Source of the DNA: Penicillus capitatus
Taxonomy: Eukaryota; Plantae; Chlorophyta
Length of the DNA stretch: 64,000 bases
Reading direction: 5' to 3'
Assembly (NCBI GenBank): GCA_965649825.1
Contig: OZ287702.1
Coordinates: 1-64,000, forward strand
Part shown: piece by piece, positions 36,573 to 48,200 of the stretch
How the letters are laid out: every line of letters begins with the position of its first letter
Position numbering within the stretch: position 1 is the first letter of the stretch
Position numbers and translations under genes: made by a program
Notes under the pieces: model-generated
What the model was told of the DNA's origin: nothing
Databases searched by the model: none
The model's input: the letters and a program-made list of their open reading frames with translations, nothing else

Positions 36573-38422
36573 TTACATCTTTCCATGAAACGCCTCTTCC
36601 GTTTCGCAAGAGGAACACACCGCCTCCAATTCATCGTAGGTAGCTTTCACATCGCTGTCCGTCTCTGCCACATCTTTTGCCTGGTAGTCCACAGATACCC
36701 AGCAATCTACAAAACATACACTCCCTTTGGAGAGAGCATGGAAAGTTCAAGCCTTACTTCCGGGTAACAAGGAGGTGCAGTCGGGTTCTGCATCACACAC
36801 TTGTGGATCTGTGATGTCAACGCAATTCGTTTTCGCTAATGCACTGGCCATTCTGCAGATAGGATCCGAGTCATCTCCAGCCTCGGCAACCACATTGTAG
36901 CTCCATGTGTTCGGAATCCCGCAGATTCCAGTTTCATTCGGCGCTGTCTTGTCCGCCACCCACACACATGGACCTGCACAAAGCCTAAGAATGCATATCC
37001 CCGTTGATTTCTGGGTCGCACTTGTGCACTTCTCCTTCTCTTCGATCTCTACACACTCAAAGGATCGAAGCAAGAGTTTCTTGTCGACAGGCAGCTGAAC
37101 GTATTTGGAGACAACGGTCTGTTACAGACACCCATCTATCACGTTGCCTAATCTCGAGATCGCAAACAAATGGACCTTAATTCCTTTGAAGACTCCCGAA
37201 CGAAAGGATTCGTCTGTCTGTCTGCAGGTAAAGGAAGACGGATCCAGTTCGCACAGCGGATCTGTGGCACATTCCAGCAATCCCTGAAAACCCTGGTGCT
37301 TAGCGCCACAGTAATAGGACTGTGCCATCGTCGACAGTACGCCATCTGCATAGTCGCAGACCTGCAAATCCCAAGTGATGCACTGTGCCTGCCCTCTCCG
37401 TCTATTCTACCAGCTGATCTGACCAGTCGGGGCAGCTCGTTTCCGGTATTTCCCACTCCAAGATGTCTGCAGGTTCGAAGCTCTCGCCGAAGAGGTCAAA
37501 GGAAGTGTTGAAACGAAACAACAGTTCGGTCGACTTGTGACCGATCACCTGAAGAAAGCAATCTAAACAGGCGTCGATTAGGAGATACGGCAGACCGCGT
37601 GAGCAGCATCGACCACTTTGCTGATAGGAACGCCGATAAAAAACGTAAACAAAGAGGCCTCACACGACAGCTCTTCTTGACTCCTGTAACGGGCGACATC
37701 TCGAAACCTTCTCCGAGACAGCGATAGACACACCATTCACAGGAGCGATCTGTTATGCATGGGAGCTGGGACTTGTGCAGGCGACACGTTTCTTTCGCAA
37801 TTTGTTGCCGAACGAAACCTTCCGCTCCCACAACGCATGGCGATTTCTCATGACCCGTGTAGAAATCCAGAAAGTGACATGTCAGTGAGTCCCTATAACA
37901 ACGTCGATCGAGCCAGGTGTAAGGGAGGGGCACGAATCAACGTGTCCCATGCACAATTGGAGATTGCTGCGCACTCCTCTGCATCAACAGCTGCGAGACA
38001 TCTCTACAGAATCCAGATGCGGCCAGGAGGATGCTGGCAGTGACGTTGTTCACCTCATAGTTGGCCACAAATTGTGCTTGAGCGTTGCCTGATTTGCCGA
38101 AGACGTCGGCGGCGGCACCGTAACCGACGACACAAGCGTCCTTCGCCGTGTCCCAACGACAGCTTCCCCTGCTGTTTACGACTCGCTTTGTCGCTTGCCG
38201 AAACTGTATGCATTCTGAGAATGTCGGCAGCGGGCGGCGGAAGTTGCTCACGCTCTTGATGCTTCTTGTCATTGCCGCGATGCGGTAAGGAATGGGTGGC
38301 ATCTCCTGCAGCACGGCGCTGACGTCGTAGTTCGCTGTTCTCTCCGTCACGGAGGCAGACGACACGCAGACGACGCACCCCAGAGCGAGAACCAGACGCA
38401 GAGGCAAAGCAAACATCGCCAT
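36573..38422 (-). CDS. Secreted cysteine-rich repeat protein, paralog C
   Basis: Signal peptide MAMFALPLRLVLALGCVVCVSSA. Motifs CRWDTAKDAC, CRLHKSQLPCITDRSCEW, DILEWEIPETSCPDWSDQL / VCDYADGVLSTMAQSYYC, CVDITDPQVCDAEPDC and DCWVSVDYQAK...GKM*. Confidence 0.85.
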
Positions 38423-38847
38423 CGAATTCGCAATGATACCGCGTGGACTGTTGGTTAAGCGTGGTGTTTAATTCTAGTAGATTCGCAATGGACACACCAT
38501 CTGTGCCGGCCGTCACTTGTCGCAGAGAGCAATTCCATCTGGAGTCCAATCACAGGATGGTTCTAGGCGGCCGCTTGACACGCCTCTTCCGTTTCGTAAG
38601 AGGAACACGTCGCCTCCAATTCATCGTAGACAGCTTTCAAATGACTGTCCGTCTCTGCTGCATCCTTTGCCTGGTAGTCCACAGATACCCAGCAGTCGAC
38701 TAAACATACATTTCCTTTGGAGAGAGCGTACAAAGTTCAAGCCTTACTTCCGGGTAACAAGGAGGTGCAGTCGGGTTCTGCATCACACACTTGTGGATCT
38801 GTGATGTCAACGCAATTCGTTTTCGCTAATGCACTGGCCATTCTGCA
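36742..38847. repeat. 116-bp identical block shared by paralogs C (36742-36857) and D (38732-38847), within a roughly 300-bp high-identity tract
   Basis: aaagttcaagccttacttccggg...gcactggccattctgca is identical in both genes, including the first part of an intron. Confidence 0.9.
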
Positions 38848-40371
38848 AATAGGATCCGAGTCATCGCCACTGTCAGCGATGGTATGGGAAATCCACGTTC
38901 CACGCACGTCGCATTCTTCGCTCTCAATGCCGGCCTCTTCAGCGTAGTTCCATGCACAGGGACCTTCAGAATTCCTATAAGTGTAGATGAAGAGCCCAGC
39001 GTCCTATTCCCTCACTCTTGCAGAAATCTTCCGTTTGTATCTCTGAGCATTCGAGGAGCTGAAGCAAGATCTTCTTGTCGAGCGCGCCTTCCACATATGT
39101 TGAAACAACATCCTGAAACACAAGTGATAGAGGTGGGGAGAGTGGATGAAGTCGTGTCGAACCTTGATGCCCTTGTAGACTCCCGGAAGAAATGTGGCAT
39201 CCGGTTGCTCACAGCGTCCGGATTGCAGTTCGATGTGACACAGAGGATCCAATGTACAATGCAGTCGGTCACCAGGACTGCTGTACCGAGCTCCACAATA
39301 GAAGCTCTGTGCAACCAAAGACAGCACACCATCTGCGTACGTACATATCTATAACCAGCAAAATCACGGATCCACTTCGCACATAGTATGTCTACCAATG
39401 GGTCGGACCATTCAGGACAGCCAGTGGCTGGCACTTCCCAGTCCAGAATATCTTCCCATCTAAAATCCTTGGCTGTTGTGTTGTAGTACGAAGGGAACAG
39501 CGTCTTCAGTTCTTCCACTTTGGAGGGAACCACCTACGTAGGGAGGAAGGATATCTGAAGGCTTTCGGTTAGTTGGAGTAACCGTTTGGAATACTGTGGT
39601 CAGTTGTTCGATCGAGATACCGATGTAAGAGACAAGAATGTCAAAGTCACACACTCTGAGATCTTTGTTCCTTGAAATCCGCACCTCCAAGACGGTTTTC
39701 TCAAAAATGAGCGTACCATCCGCAAAGAGGATCTCTGTAGCAGGAAAGCTGGGTCTTGTGCAGCGTGCACGTTTCCTGCGCCACAAGCGATTTGAAGAAG
39801 CTGGAGGCCCCGGTGGCACAGGGAGAGTCCTCATGTCCAGAGTAGAAATCTACGAAATGGCACGTCAAAGAATCCCTACAGAGAGATCCCTCGAGCAAAG
39901 TGCCGAGAGAGGTGGAGAGAAAACGTGTTCCAAGAGCAGTTTGATGCGGAAGTGCAGGTTTCTGCGTCTGTGATCGCCAAGCATTTCTGAACAGACGGGG
40001 TCAAGGGTAATTCATAGTGGCCATGTGTCTTGCGGCGAATTGTGCGACGAGTTGGGCATAGGCGTTGCTCGATGCGCCGAAGGTGTCTGCGATGGGGCCG
40101 TAACCGACGACACAGGTCGCTGCCGCCGCATTCCAACGGCACGGTCCGCCAACGTTTGCCGCGTTCTTCACTGCAGTTAACACTTCTGAGCAGCACACCG
40201 CGATAAGACAACGTTACCTGCGTCATTTGTATTCTTTGCCTCCCTAGACCTGGTTGCTCTGGCATGACGGGTTGAGATTTGGCGAAGGACGGAGCTCGCG
40301 TCGAGAGAAGCGTCGGAAACGTGCCAATTCAGAAGGAAGAGCACAACAAGCCAACGGCGAAGAGATAACAT
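38563..40371 (-). CDS. Secreted cysteine-rich repeat protein, paralog D (tandem with C)
   Basis: Signal peptide MLSLRRWLVVLFLLNWHVSDA. Motifs CRWNAAAATC, CLAITDAETCTSASNCSW, CTLHKTQLSCYRDPLCGW, KDFRWEDILDWEVPATGCPEWSDPL and DCWVSVDYQAK...ETEEACQAAA*. Confidence 0.85.
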
Positions 40372-40834
40372 GGCGACGCATGTATCGATGGGGCAAGTGA
40401 GAGGACGGCCTTTGTATCAATCGCCCTTACGGAGGCGACGTAACGTCGCATGCATCTCCTTCGTCCGTTAGGAACGGTCTACCTGGTGTGTCTCCATGAT
40501 TTGGATTTCGGCCTTTTGAGGCTCGGGACTCGGAGCAACGCAGAACCGACTTAGCTGGATTCGTTAACGAACGTTTCGCTATGTCACCATCTAGATAGAA
40601 TTCCCCCTCGGGCGCAAATCTGCGAGACTGATAGACGGTCTAGCTTCGTCTGTTTTTCGATAAGTACGCGGCGAGAGCTGAATGCGTTGATGAGGACGAT
40701 GCGTTCTTGCCGTGTGGCGTCACAGACTGCCTGGGCTTTACCGAGGAAAGCGCTCCAAGCGTTCCATCATGGCTCTTGCGCCCTCTCGTCGTCATCGGCG
40801 TCGTCGCTACAAAAGAACAAACGATATTGACTGT

Positions 40835-43800
40835 TCAAGTCTTTAGTGGAAAACCTGCTCTCGATGACGGACTTATGGTGTTCCTTCTACGCATCTGTAG
40901 CGCCTGAAGCGTAAAGGTCTATCGACGATGGTGCCTGCCATCTTCTCACCTTTCCTTCTCCCGAAGCCGTTTTCTTTAATGAGATCAGCGAACGTCGGTC
41001 GGCGGTTCTTGTCATCCTTGACGAGGTTGGATCCGGAAGTGCAAAATTTGTCGCCGAGTCAGAAATGCGAGTGTTGCGTAGACGCAGCTGCACGTTGTTG
41101 CCATCGCATTCGATTCGCAACCTACGCGATCAATAACTGCAGGAAACAGCCACGCAGAAGATGGCATCGCCAGACGTTTCTGCCTCATCTGCGTTGATCG
41201 TTATGTCTGCCTCTTCTCTCAACTTCTGCGAATCTCGAGCTTCGAATTTCGAGAGACCGCCTGCGGCGCCATTCATATCCAACATCCCTGCCACCCCGCC
41301 AATGGAGTTCTGAGTTTTTCTCCCTAGACGCGATTTCGTCGCACCTGCTCCGCCTGCCATTCTTATTGGCAGCTGCCTGAAATCCGAATGTACACTCCTT
41401 GCCTGTTGGCTGACATCGACATCTCGATCCATCACGAGATTGCTCATCGCATTGTTCAAACGCTCCTACGACACAAACGCTATACGCGATGAAAAAATCG
41501 AAACTGCCTGTTACGAGTTGTTGAACATCTTGTGGAAGTTCAATTGTCTGTTTGAGACGCGGCAGTAATGCCAAGGCGTGTAATCGGACATTCGGCACAG
41601 GATCGTAGAAAACCTCAAGAAAGAACTCCATAAAGAACGTCTGCAAACACGACGCTTTCCTCTGAGCTGATGCACGGGCTGCATCTTACTTTGAAGAATA
41701 GCGAGCTGAAGTCTTCCAAGATACATGTGGCGACGTCGACGAATCGCATACGGTGTCGACAGGATGTGCTGTTCCAGAAATCGCGGATGAGTAGGACATA
41801 GATATGTGTCCTTTGCTTTTCTCTTAGATTTGCTCGCATTGTTGCAGATACGGCCTTGGCAGCTGCTCGACAGACGGCAACGGTTCCATTCGTCAGGGAC
41901 TCGAAGAAAACCGGCAACATCTTGGCGAAGACGACATCGCCTTCCACCAAAGACATCAGCCTGTCCACAGAGAACAGCGGATGCGACCGAGAAGCAAGAA
42001 CCGTACTGTGTCATCGAGTGGAGCGCCTCTTTGTGCAGTCTCCAGTTCAGACCCGAGGCCTTCGGTGTCGCGCAGAGACCTGCGACGCGGCTCGATGGTC
42101 GCCCATCTCGTCAATTCTCGGCCGTTACTGTCGATCATCGGTAGGAGAGACTCGGCGCGGGAATTTCGGTCGAGGAATTCCATGTGTTCAAAGATCTTGC
42201 GCAGATTCGGCAGAATGCGTTGCTTGACGGCGTGAGCTTTGTCGCCGACAAGATCCGAAACGACGCGGACGAGGTACCGAGCAGCGACGTCACCGCTGAG
42301 TATCTTCGTCACCTAGAACCATTTTACCCCACAGCCTTTCCTGTGCGCAGACGTCCGCCAAAACGGAAAGCACTTCGGCGATCTGCGCGGCAATGACGGC
42401 GCGAACGTCTTCGCGTGTGTCCGTTGCAAGCTGGACGAAGGTGTCATGGAAATAGGCCGGATACTTGAGATGCCCTGCGACGTACAGCATAGCTGGAAAC
42501 TGTCTCGCACAGTCGAGTCGCAGTCCGTGCTGTTTTCTGGATGCGAGAAATCGATAACAAGAGAAAAACGGATGGCCGTCGACGTCCGTCCGAAAGCACC
42601 GCGATAACTGAACGCCTTCAGAAAGGACGCGCTTCTACAGAGGCACTCACCTCGACGACAATCCTTCCCAGTAGACTGCCCAAACAGTGCTGCATGTTTG
42701 CGTCTAGCTCCCGAGGTTGCATGTATTTCAGTATAACTGGCATGACGATTCGTCTGAGGGTATCGATATTCAGAGATGGCAACGCGGCTGTCAGCGCTTT
42801 CATGGCTTTCACCCGAACGGTGATTTTCTCATCCGCCAGCAGCTCGAAGAGCTCCGAGAGAAAGTGCTCTTGTGCGCAGACATCGTTAAGCGCTTTGATC
42901 AGTCCAGGTAAGGCCTCGCAGAGACAAGAACGGACCTACAAAACAAGGATCCAATACGTCGTCGTCTTTCGTCCAACTTGATAGTCGGTATCTTGACACA
43001 GAGCCGCCGCCAGGTGCTGAATGGCCTTGTGTTCAGAGCCTTGTACCTGCAGCCGTGTGAATCGTTGTACGATTATGTGCATGGGTATACAGGGACGTCC
43101 ATGAAGCAGCTCAGCAACTTGGCGCTGATGACGCGCGATTCAATAGACTCCTCGACGTCTCCTTTCTGCATCGCAATGGACAAGACAGCTTCCAACACGT
43201 CGTTTTTCTGAAGCGGCCAGATTTCGCGCAAGCATTCACACCAAACATCCAGATCCTAACAGACATAATCCGACCGTATGACAGCGGTTGTTGCTGAACG
43301 AAAGTGCCTCTGGTCGTTGAGTGTTGGACAGCACGTCGAGCACCATCGGCGTCACCCAGACCGCCACTTCGGCGGCCGTCATTGCATCCTCCCTCACGAT
43401 CTCCAGCAATACATCAGCGAGTATGGTCTGCTACTCCCGTTCCCACAGAGAACAGTTCCTTAGCGTGCACGACCTTGAGTTCGACGTCGAAGTCTTTGTA
43501 CTGGTCATGCAAGGACCGCAGTATCGGTTCGTATTCGCACTTCTTCAACGTTGCGACTAAGCGTGGCAACCTACCATGTACGAAAACGTCTGGCGACGCG
43601 CATCCGAGTCGTGACTCCGACTTGTCGATCACCCATAGCTGTTGCGCGGGATGTCCTCCTTTGAGAAACATCAGTGCTTTGTCGCGCTCGAGAATGTCTT
43701 CGTCAATCTGCGATAGCGTTTTCATGTGGTGGACGGATCTAAACATCCATTCTACTGTGAGCCGACGGATCTCGCCTTCGTCTTTGAGATCTTCGCCATT

Positions 43801-43866
43801 CGTTATGTTCTTCTCTTTTGTCGGGTCGCCGTCGAAAGAAAGAACTTCAAACAGACCACGCCGCAT
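40835..43866 (-). CDS. PPP4R4: HEAT-repeat protein, PP4 regulatory subunit 4 (PPP4R4)-like; many introns, 3' end approximate
   Basis: FHDTFVQLATDTREDVRAVIAA, LIRDFWNSTSCRHRMRFVDVATCILEDFSSLFFK, DPVPNVRLHALALLPRLKQTIELPQDVQQL/ERLNNAMSNLVMDRDVDV. Confidence 0.75.
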
Positions 43867-44819
43867 GGCCGCGTTTCTCTTTAAATGGATAAGGAGGGTT
43901 TAGCGAATTCAGGCGCCTCGAGCTGACCACAGAACAAGCGGCTAACGTTTTAAATCACATTCATATGCGTGTCAGGCGCGGATGAAGAATGACGATCTTT
44001 GGACACACCTCGTCCAATGGGAGCTCTTTGATCGCACAGTAAGCGTCGTTGATGTCTGTCCTTTTGCTTCTTTTAATGCCAAGCTTCTTCAGCGTTCGAT
44101 GCACGAGCTTCTTGTTTGCCATGGACTCGTTAACGTCATCGTAGTTCACACGATGAACTGGCTCAATCGATCGCTTCTTGCCCTTTTCGTCTGACAAAAG
44201 TGACGGACTGTTTCCTCTCTGAAGAATAAGGGTGGTCAAGGATGACTTCGGTGGTCAAGAAATCGAAGATAGGTTGTACGACGAGATCGAGGAACTACCC
44301 ACCATCTCCATTCAGAACCAACTCTTCCAGTATCCGAGCTTCGTCCGCCTCCACTCGCGTCGATTGACAAATGCGCTGCAATGTGGGTTCGACATCTTCT
44401 CTGACCCATACATCCCGCAAATCCGCAATTTGAGCCGAGAACAATTGACGGAGTTCCCGTCGAGCGCGTCTCAGATCTTCAACCGGCTGCAAACATCCAA
44501 GTGAAGAATACAGAGTTTTGTGCTATCACTTACGCTTCGGGACTGCATGGAACACTGAGGATGTCGCCAAGAGCAGATGAAGGAAGATTGGCAGCGTCTT
44601 CGAAAACAGGGCTGAATCGCATGACCCAAAAAAGGAAGTTCAACAGCTCAGGCAGATGCCTGAGATTGTGCGCTTCTGTCCAAATAAGATAGGACAGCGC
44701 CAGTTCAGACACAATCAGATTGCATGCCACGTCGCTGAAAGGATCTGCCGTGTCAAACCATTCGCTTTGAGACCGTGGACGCGACGGAAGCTTCGCGTGT
44801 TCGCACCACGCGTGATAAC

Positions 44820-45159
44820 TGTAGGAAATGAACCTCTAACTGTCAGCTGTGTAGCCACCGGAAGCGGTGGAGCCGTCACATAACCATCCAGGCGCGCTGA
44901 CCATCGGTCGCGACGGATGTCGGCTCTCGACCTAACTTCCCCATAACGTAAGGGGTGTGGTTGTGCTGCATGCACTAGGAGTTCGCAGCTGTTAGGACGT
45001 AAGGGTAGGAAGTCCATAACCACCCTGGGTACATAAGGTCGACAATTCACCTTGTAACAACTCCTATTCGTGTCGCACCAAATCTGACTGCGTTTCTGTC
45101 GTGACGTTGCGCGAAGACTCGACTATCTTTGAAACACGTCGTTACATCGATTCCCAATA
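44820..45159 (+). repeat. 5' LTR (TGTAGG...CCCAATA)
   Basis: Matches 49732-50071. Contains TGTAA (45053-45057), the green-algal polyadenylation signal. Confidence 0.95.
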
Positions 45160-45161
45160 TC

Positions 45162-45179
45162 TGGTGGACCTCCGGGGTA
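45162..45179 (+). promoter_or_regulatory. Primer-binding site, complementary to a tRNA-Ala 3' end
   Basis: TGGTGGACCTCCGGGGTA lies 2 nt after the LTR. Its reverse complement, UA-CCCCG-GAGGUCC-A-CCA, has A73 and U70 (the G3:U70 alanine identity element). Confidence 0.8.
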
Positions 45180-45213
45180 ACTATCAAGCGTTTCTTATCG
45201 TTTGTGGCAAACC

Positions 45214-48200
45214 ATGCGCATCGAATCGATTTCCTTTCCGCGATACGACGGACGCACTGACCCTAGGAGATGGGTCAACAAGATGACTTCACTCTTCCGT
45301 CTCCAGCAGATTAATGACGACCCGGGGACAAGGGCCGAAATCGCGGTCACATTGCTCGACGGACCGGCGGCCGACTGGGCCGAGCTCCACCATGACGCCG
45401 ACGCCCATCTGAATATCGACTGGGCCGAATGGAGTCAACTGGTGGTTGACCGTTTTGTGCGCGACCAGGACCCTGACCGCGCCAAGGACCAGCTCAGACA
45501 CGTCTTTCAGAAGCGAAGGGAATCCTTGTTGGCATATGCTGAACGTTTCGCTTTGATGTGTTCCAGAGCTCGACCTGCCATTGACCCAGATGACTACTAC
45601 AAGTACTGGCTGAGAGGCCTGCAGAACGACCGCGCGGCAGAGTACGCGTTCACTCGGCTTGCTGCAAGCAACAACGCGCCGACCTTTGAATATGCCGTTC
45701 GCTATGCGAAATACGCGACGGAGGCGCGCAAGAATGTCCGAGGGTACGAGGAGACCGACGAAGAAGAAGACGAACCAGAACCCAGACAAGAAAACTCAAA
45801 CCGCCAGACGGTCCTCAGGGAGCATGGAGCCCGTCGCCTTGCGAAGTCAGGGCGAAAAACGACAACCGTCGTTGCTGAGGAACCGGCAGCGGATGACTCA
45901 GAGGACGAAGAACTTCGCCAACTCATAACCGGACTCACAAGCCTGCTCGCGAAAAAGCAGGAGAAGCGACGCGCAAGACGCGCAGAAGCTAATGCTTCCC
46001 GCTTCGTGGAGTCGATGTCTGAAGACGGAGACAGCGAGACTGCCGCCAGGATGGCGGACGAAGAAGAGAATCAACCCAGCAAAAGGCGCCGAGGCGCGCC
46101 AGGAAAGAAAGCACGGAAACCGCGCAAGAAACCTGAACTTGACCGTGAATGGGCGGACTATGCTGCGCAAGCATGGGCCATTCCGCTGCGTTTCCTGAAA
46201 GGACGCAGCAAACGTGAAGTGTACTCGCAGGTGATACTGGCGCTGAGGGATGCGTTCGGCTTCACGCCAAAGCCAAGGAAGCAAAAGGCCAGTGAAAACC
46301 AGCCCTCGGCTTCTGCGCCCCCACCACAAGTCGACGTAGAAATGGAGCCGGAAGTCGCCCCAAGACAAGTACCAGAACCAGAGCAACAAGTGGCCCTTGC
46401 TCGACAAGGGAACCAGGAAGGGAACCGCTGCAAGGTGTTTGTTGCCTGCCGGTTTGCTAACAAAGTAATTATTGACCCCGGCTCGACCCAGTCTATCCTT
46501 GACAGTAACTTCGCAAAGCGCGAACGCATTCGCTTTGCAACACCAAGCCGAGGTAATCTCCTCCTGGCAGACGGGACCATGCAAAAGCCATTGGGTCGCA
46601 CGGAAGAAGTGCGGGCCGACGTCGGAGGCGTCGCCGTGCAACAGGCGTTCAATGTCCTGAACGCCAGGAACTCATATGACGTTTTGTTGGGCATGGATTG
46701 GCTGCGCGCCGTTCGCGCCAAAGCCAATTTCGAGGACGGCACCTACACCATTGGCCTCGCAAAGCGCATAACGGTTCTTCCCAAAGGACGGAAGATCTTC
46801 ATACAACCGGAACCGGTCGCGGACGATGTGTCCGAAGCTCAGAGCGAATCTGACATGGAGGCGGATCTGGAGGAGTTGCTCGAGCAAATGCGCGCCCTCT
46901 GCAGTGAAGATGATGACTCGGAGGAAGAGTGTTTCATGGCCCTGAGTGACCAAGTACTTGATGACATTCACATAAGCCCTGATTTGAAGCCTGAGGTGAT
47001 TTCGAATGTCCGCTCAGTAATCGTGGAAAATGAAGATTGTTTTGCCCTGACCTTTCAAGACATGGTCAGAACACCACTCATGCAATTTGAAATCGAGCTG
47101 CGACAAGGAGAAGTCGCAAAGCGTTGTGGTCGAACGCGAAGATTGGCCCCAAAGGAAACGGAGTTCGTCAAGGCCCAAATCAACGAGCTGCTCGAAGCCA
47201 AACTCATCTTACCTTGGGAAGAAGCCGCGAGACGATACGGCTGCCCAAAACGCAAGGATCGTTGGCTGTCGCCAATCACCATCGCGCCGAAGAAAGATGG
47301 TACCTTTCGATTCTGTTGTGCGTACCAGCGCCTCAACGACGCCACCATTCCAGATAAGTTCGTGCTGCCACGGGCGGACGACCTGTTGGACCGCGTCATG
47401 GGTCACGCATGGTACTCGGCCCTCGACGGGTTCAGCGGATATTATTCCCTTGGTCTGCATCCTGAATCCGTACTAAAGACGGCCTTCGCCACAAGTTTCG
47501 GTGTCTACTGCTGGCTTGTCCTCCCCTTTGGAGTGACGAACGGTCCGGCTGCCTACTCTCGTTTGGTCGAGCAGGTTTATGGCGGACTGGACCGAGTCGG
47601 CGTCTTCATTGACGACGTCTGCTGCGCGCACCAAAGTGAAGCTGGTATCGTGGAAGACTTGCGACGTGTGTTCGCGCGTTGTCGCGACGGAGGACTCAGG
47701 TTGAAGCCGAAGAAGTGCTTTATTGGCTACCGAGAAGTCGATTTCCTCGGACACCGCCTGTGTCCTGACGGGATGAGAATGGACGAAGCCAAGGTCCATA
47801 AAATCACGAAGATGCCCTCCCCTGTGGACAGGAAACAATTGCAGTCCCTCTACGGCATGTTCTCATACTATCGCCGTTTCTTGAAGAACTTTGCAAGCAT
47901 CAGCGCACCCCTCTCAAGCCTTCTCTCCACGCGGCAGGATTTCGTGTGGAATGCCCAAGCGCAAAACGCACTGGAGGAGTTGAAGAAGCTCCTTGTCGAC
48001 GGGGCAGTCCTAGCTGCTGTCGACGAAAACCTTCCCTTCCTTGTCGACACAGACGCCAGCGCGTACGGGATCGGCGCCGTCCTATCCCAAGAGAGAGAGG
48101 GCGAAGAACGTCCGATCTACTTCTACTCCAGACTCCTAAAGGACGCGGAGACGCGATACTCGGCCACCGAGCGAGAAGGGTTGGCCTTGGTCGTCGGACT

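Noticed and set aside
44715-45050. Duplicated minus-strand ORFs MNCRPYVPRVV... (also 49687-49962)
   Set aside because: These are antisense frames across the identical LTRs, with no protein features.
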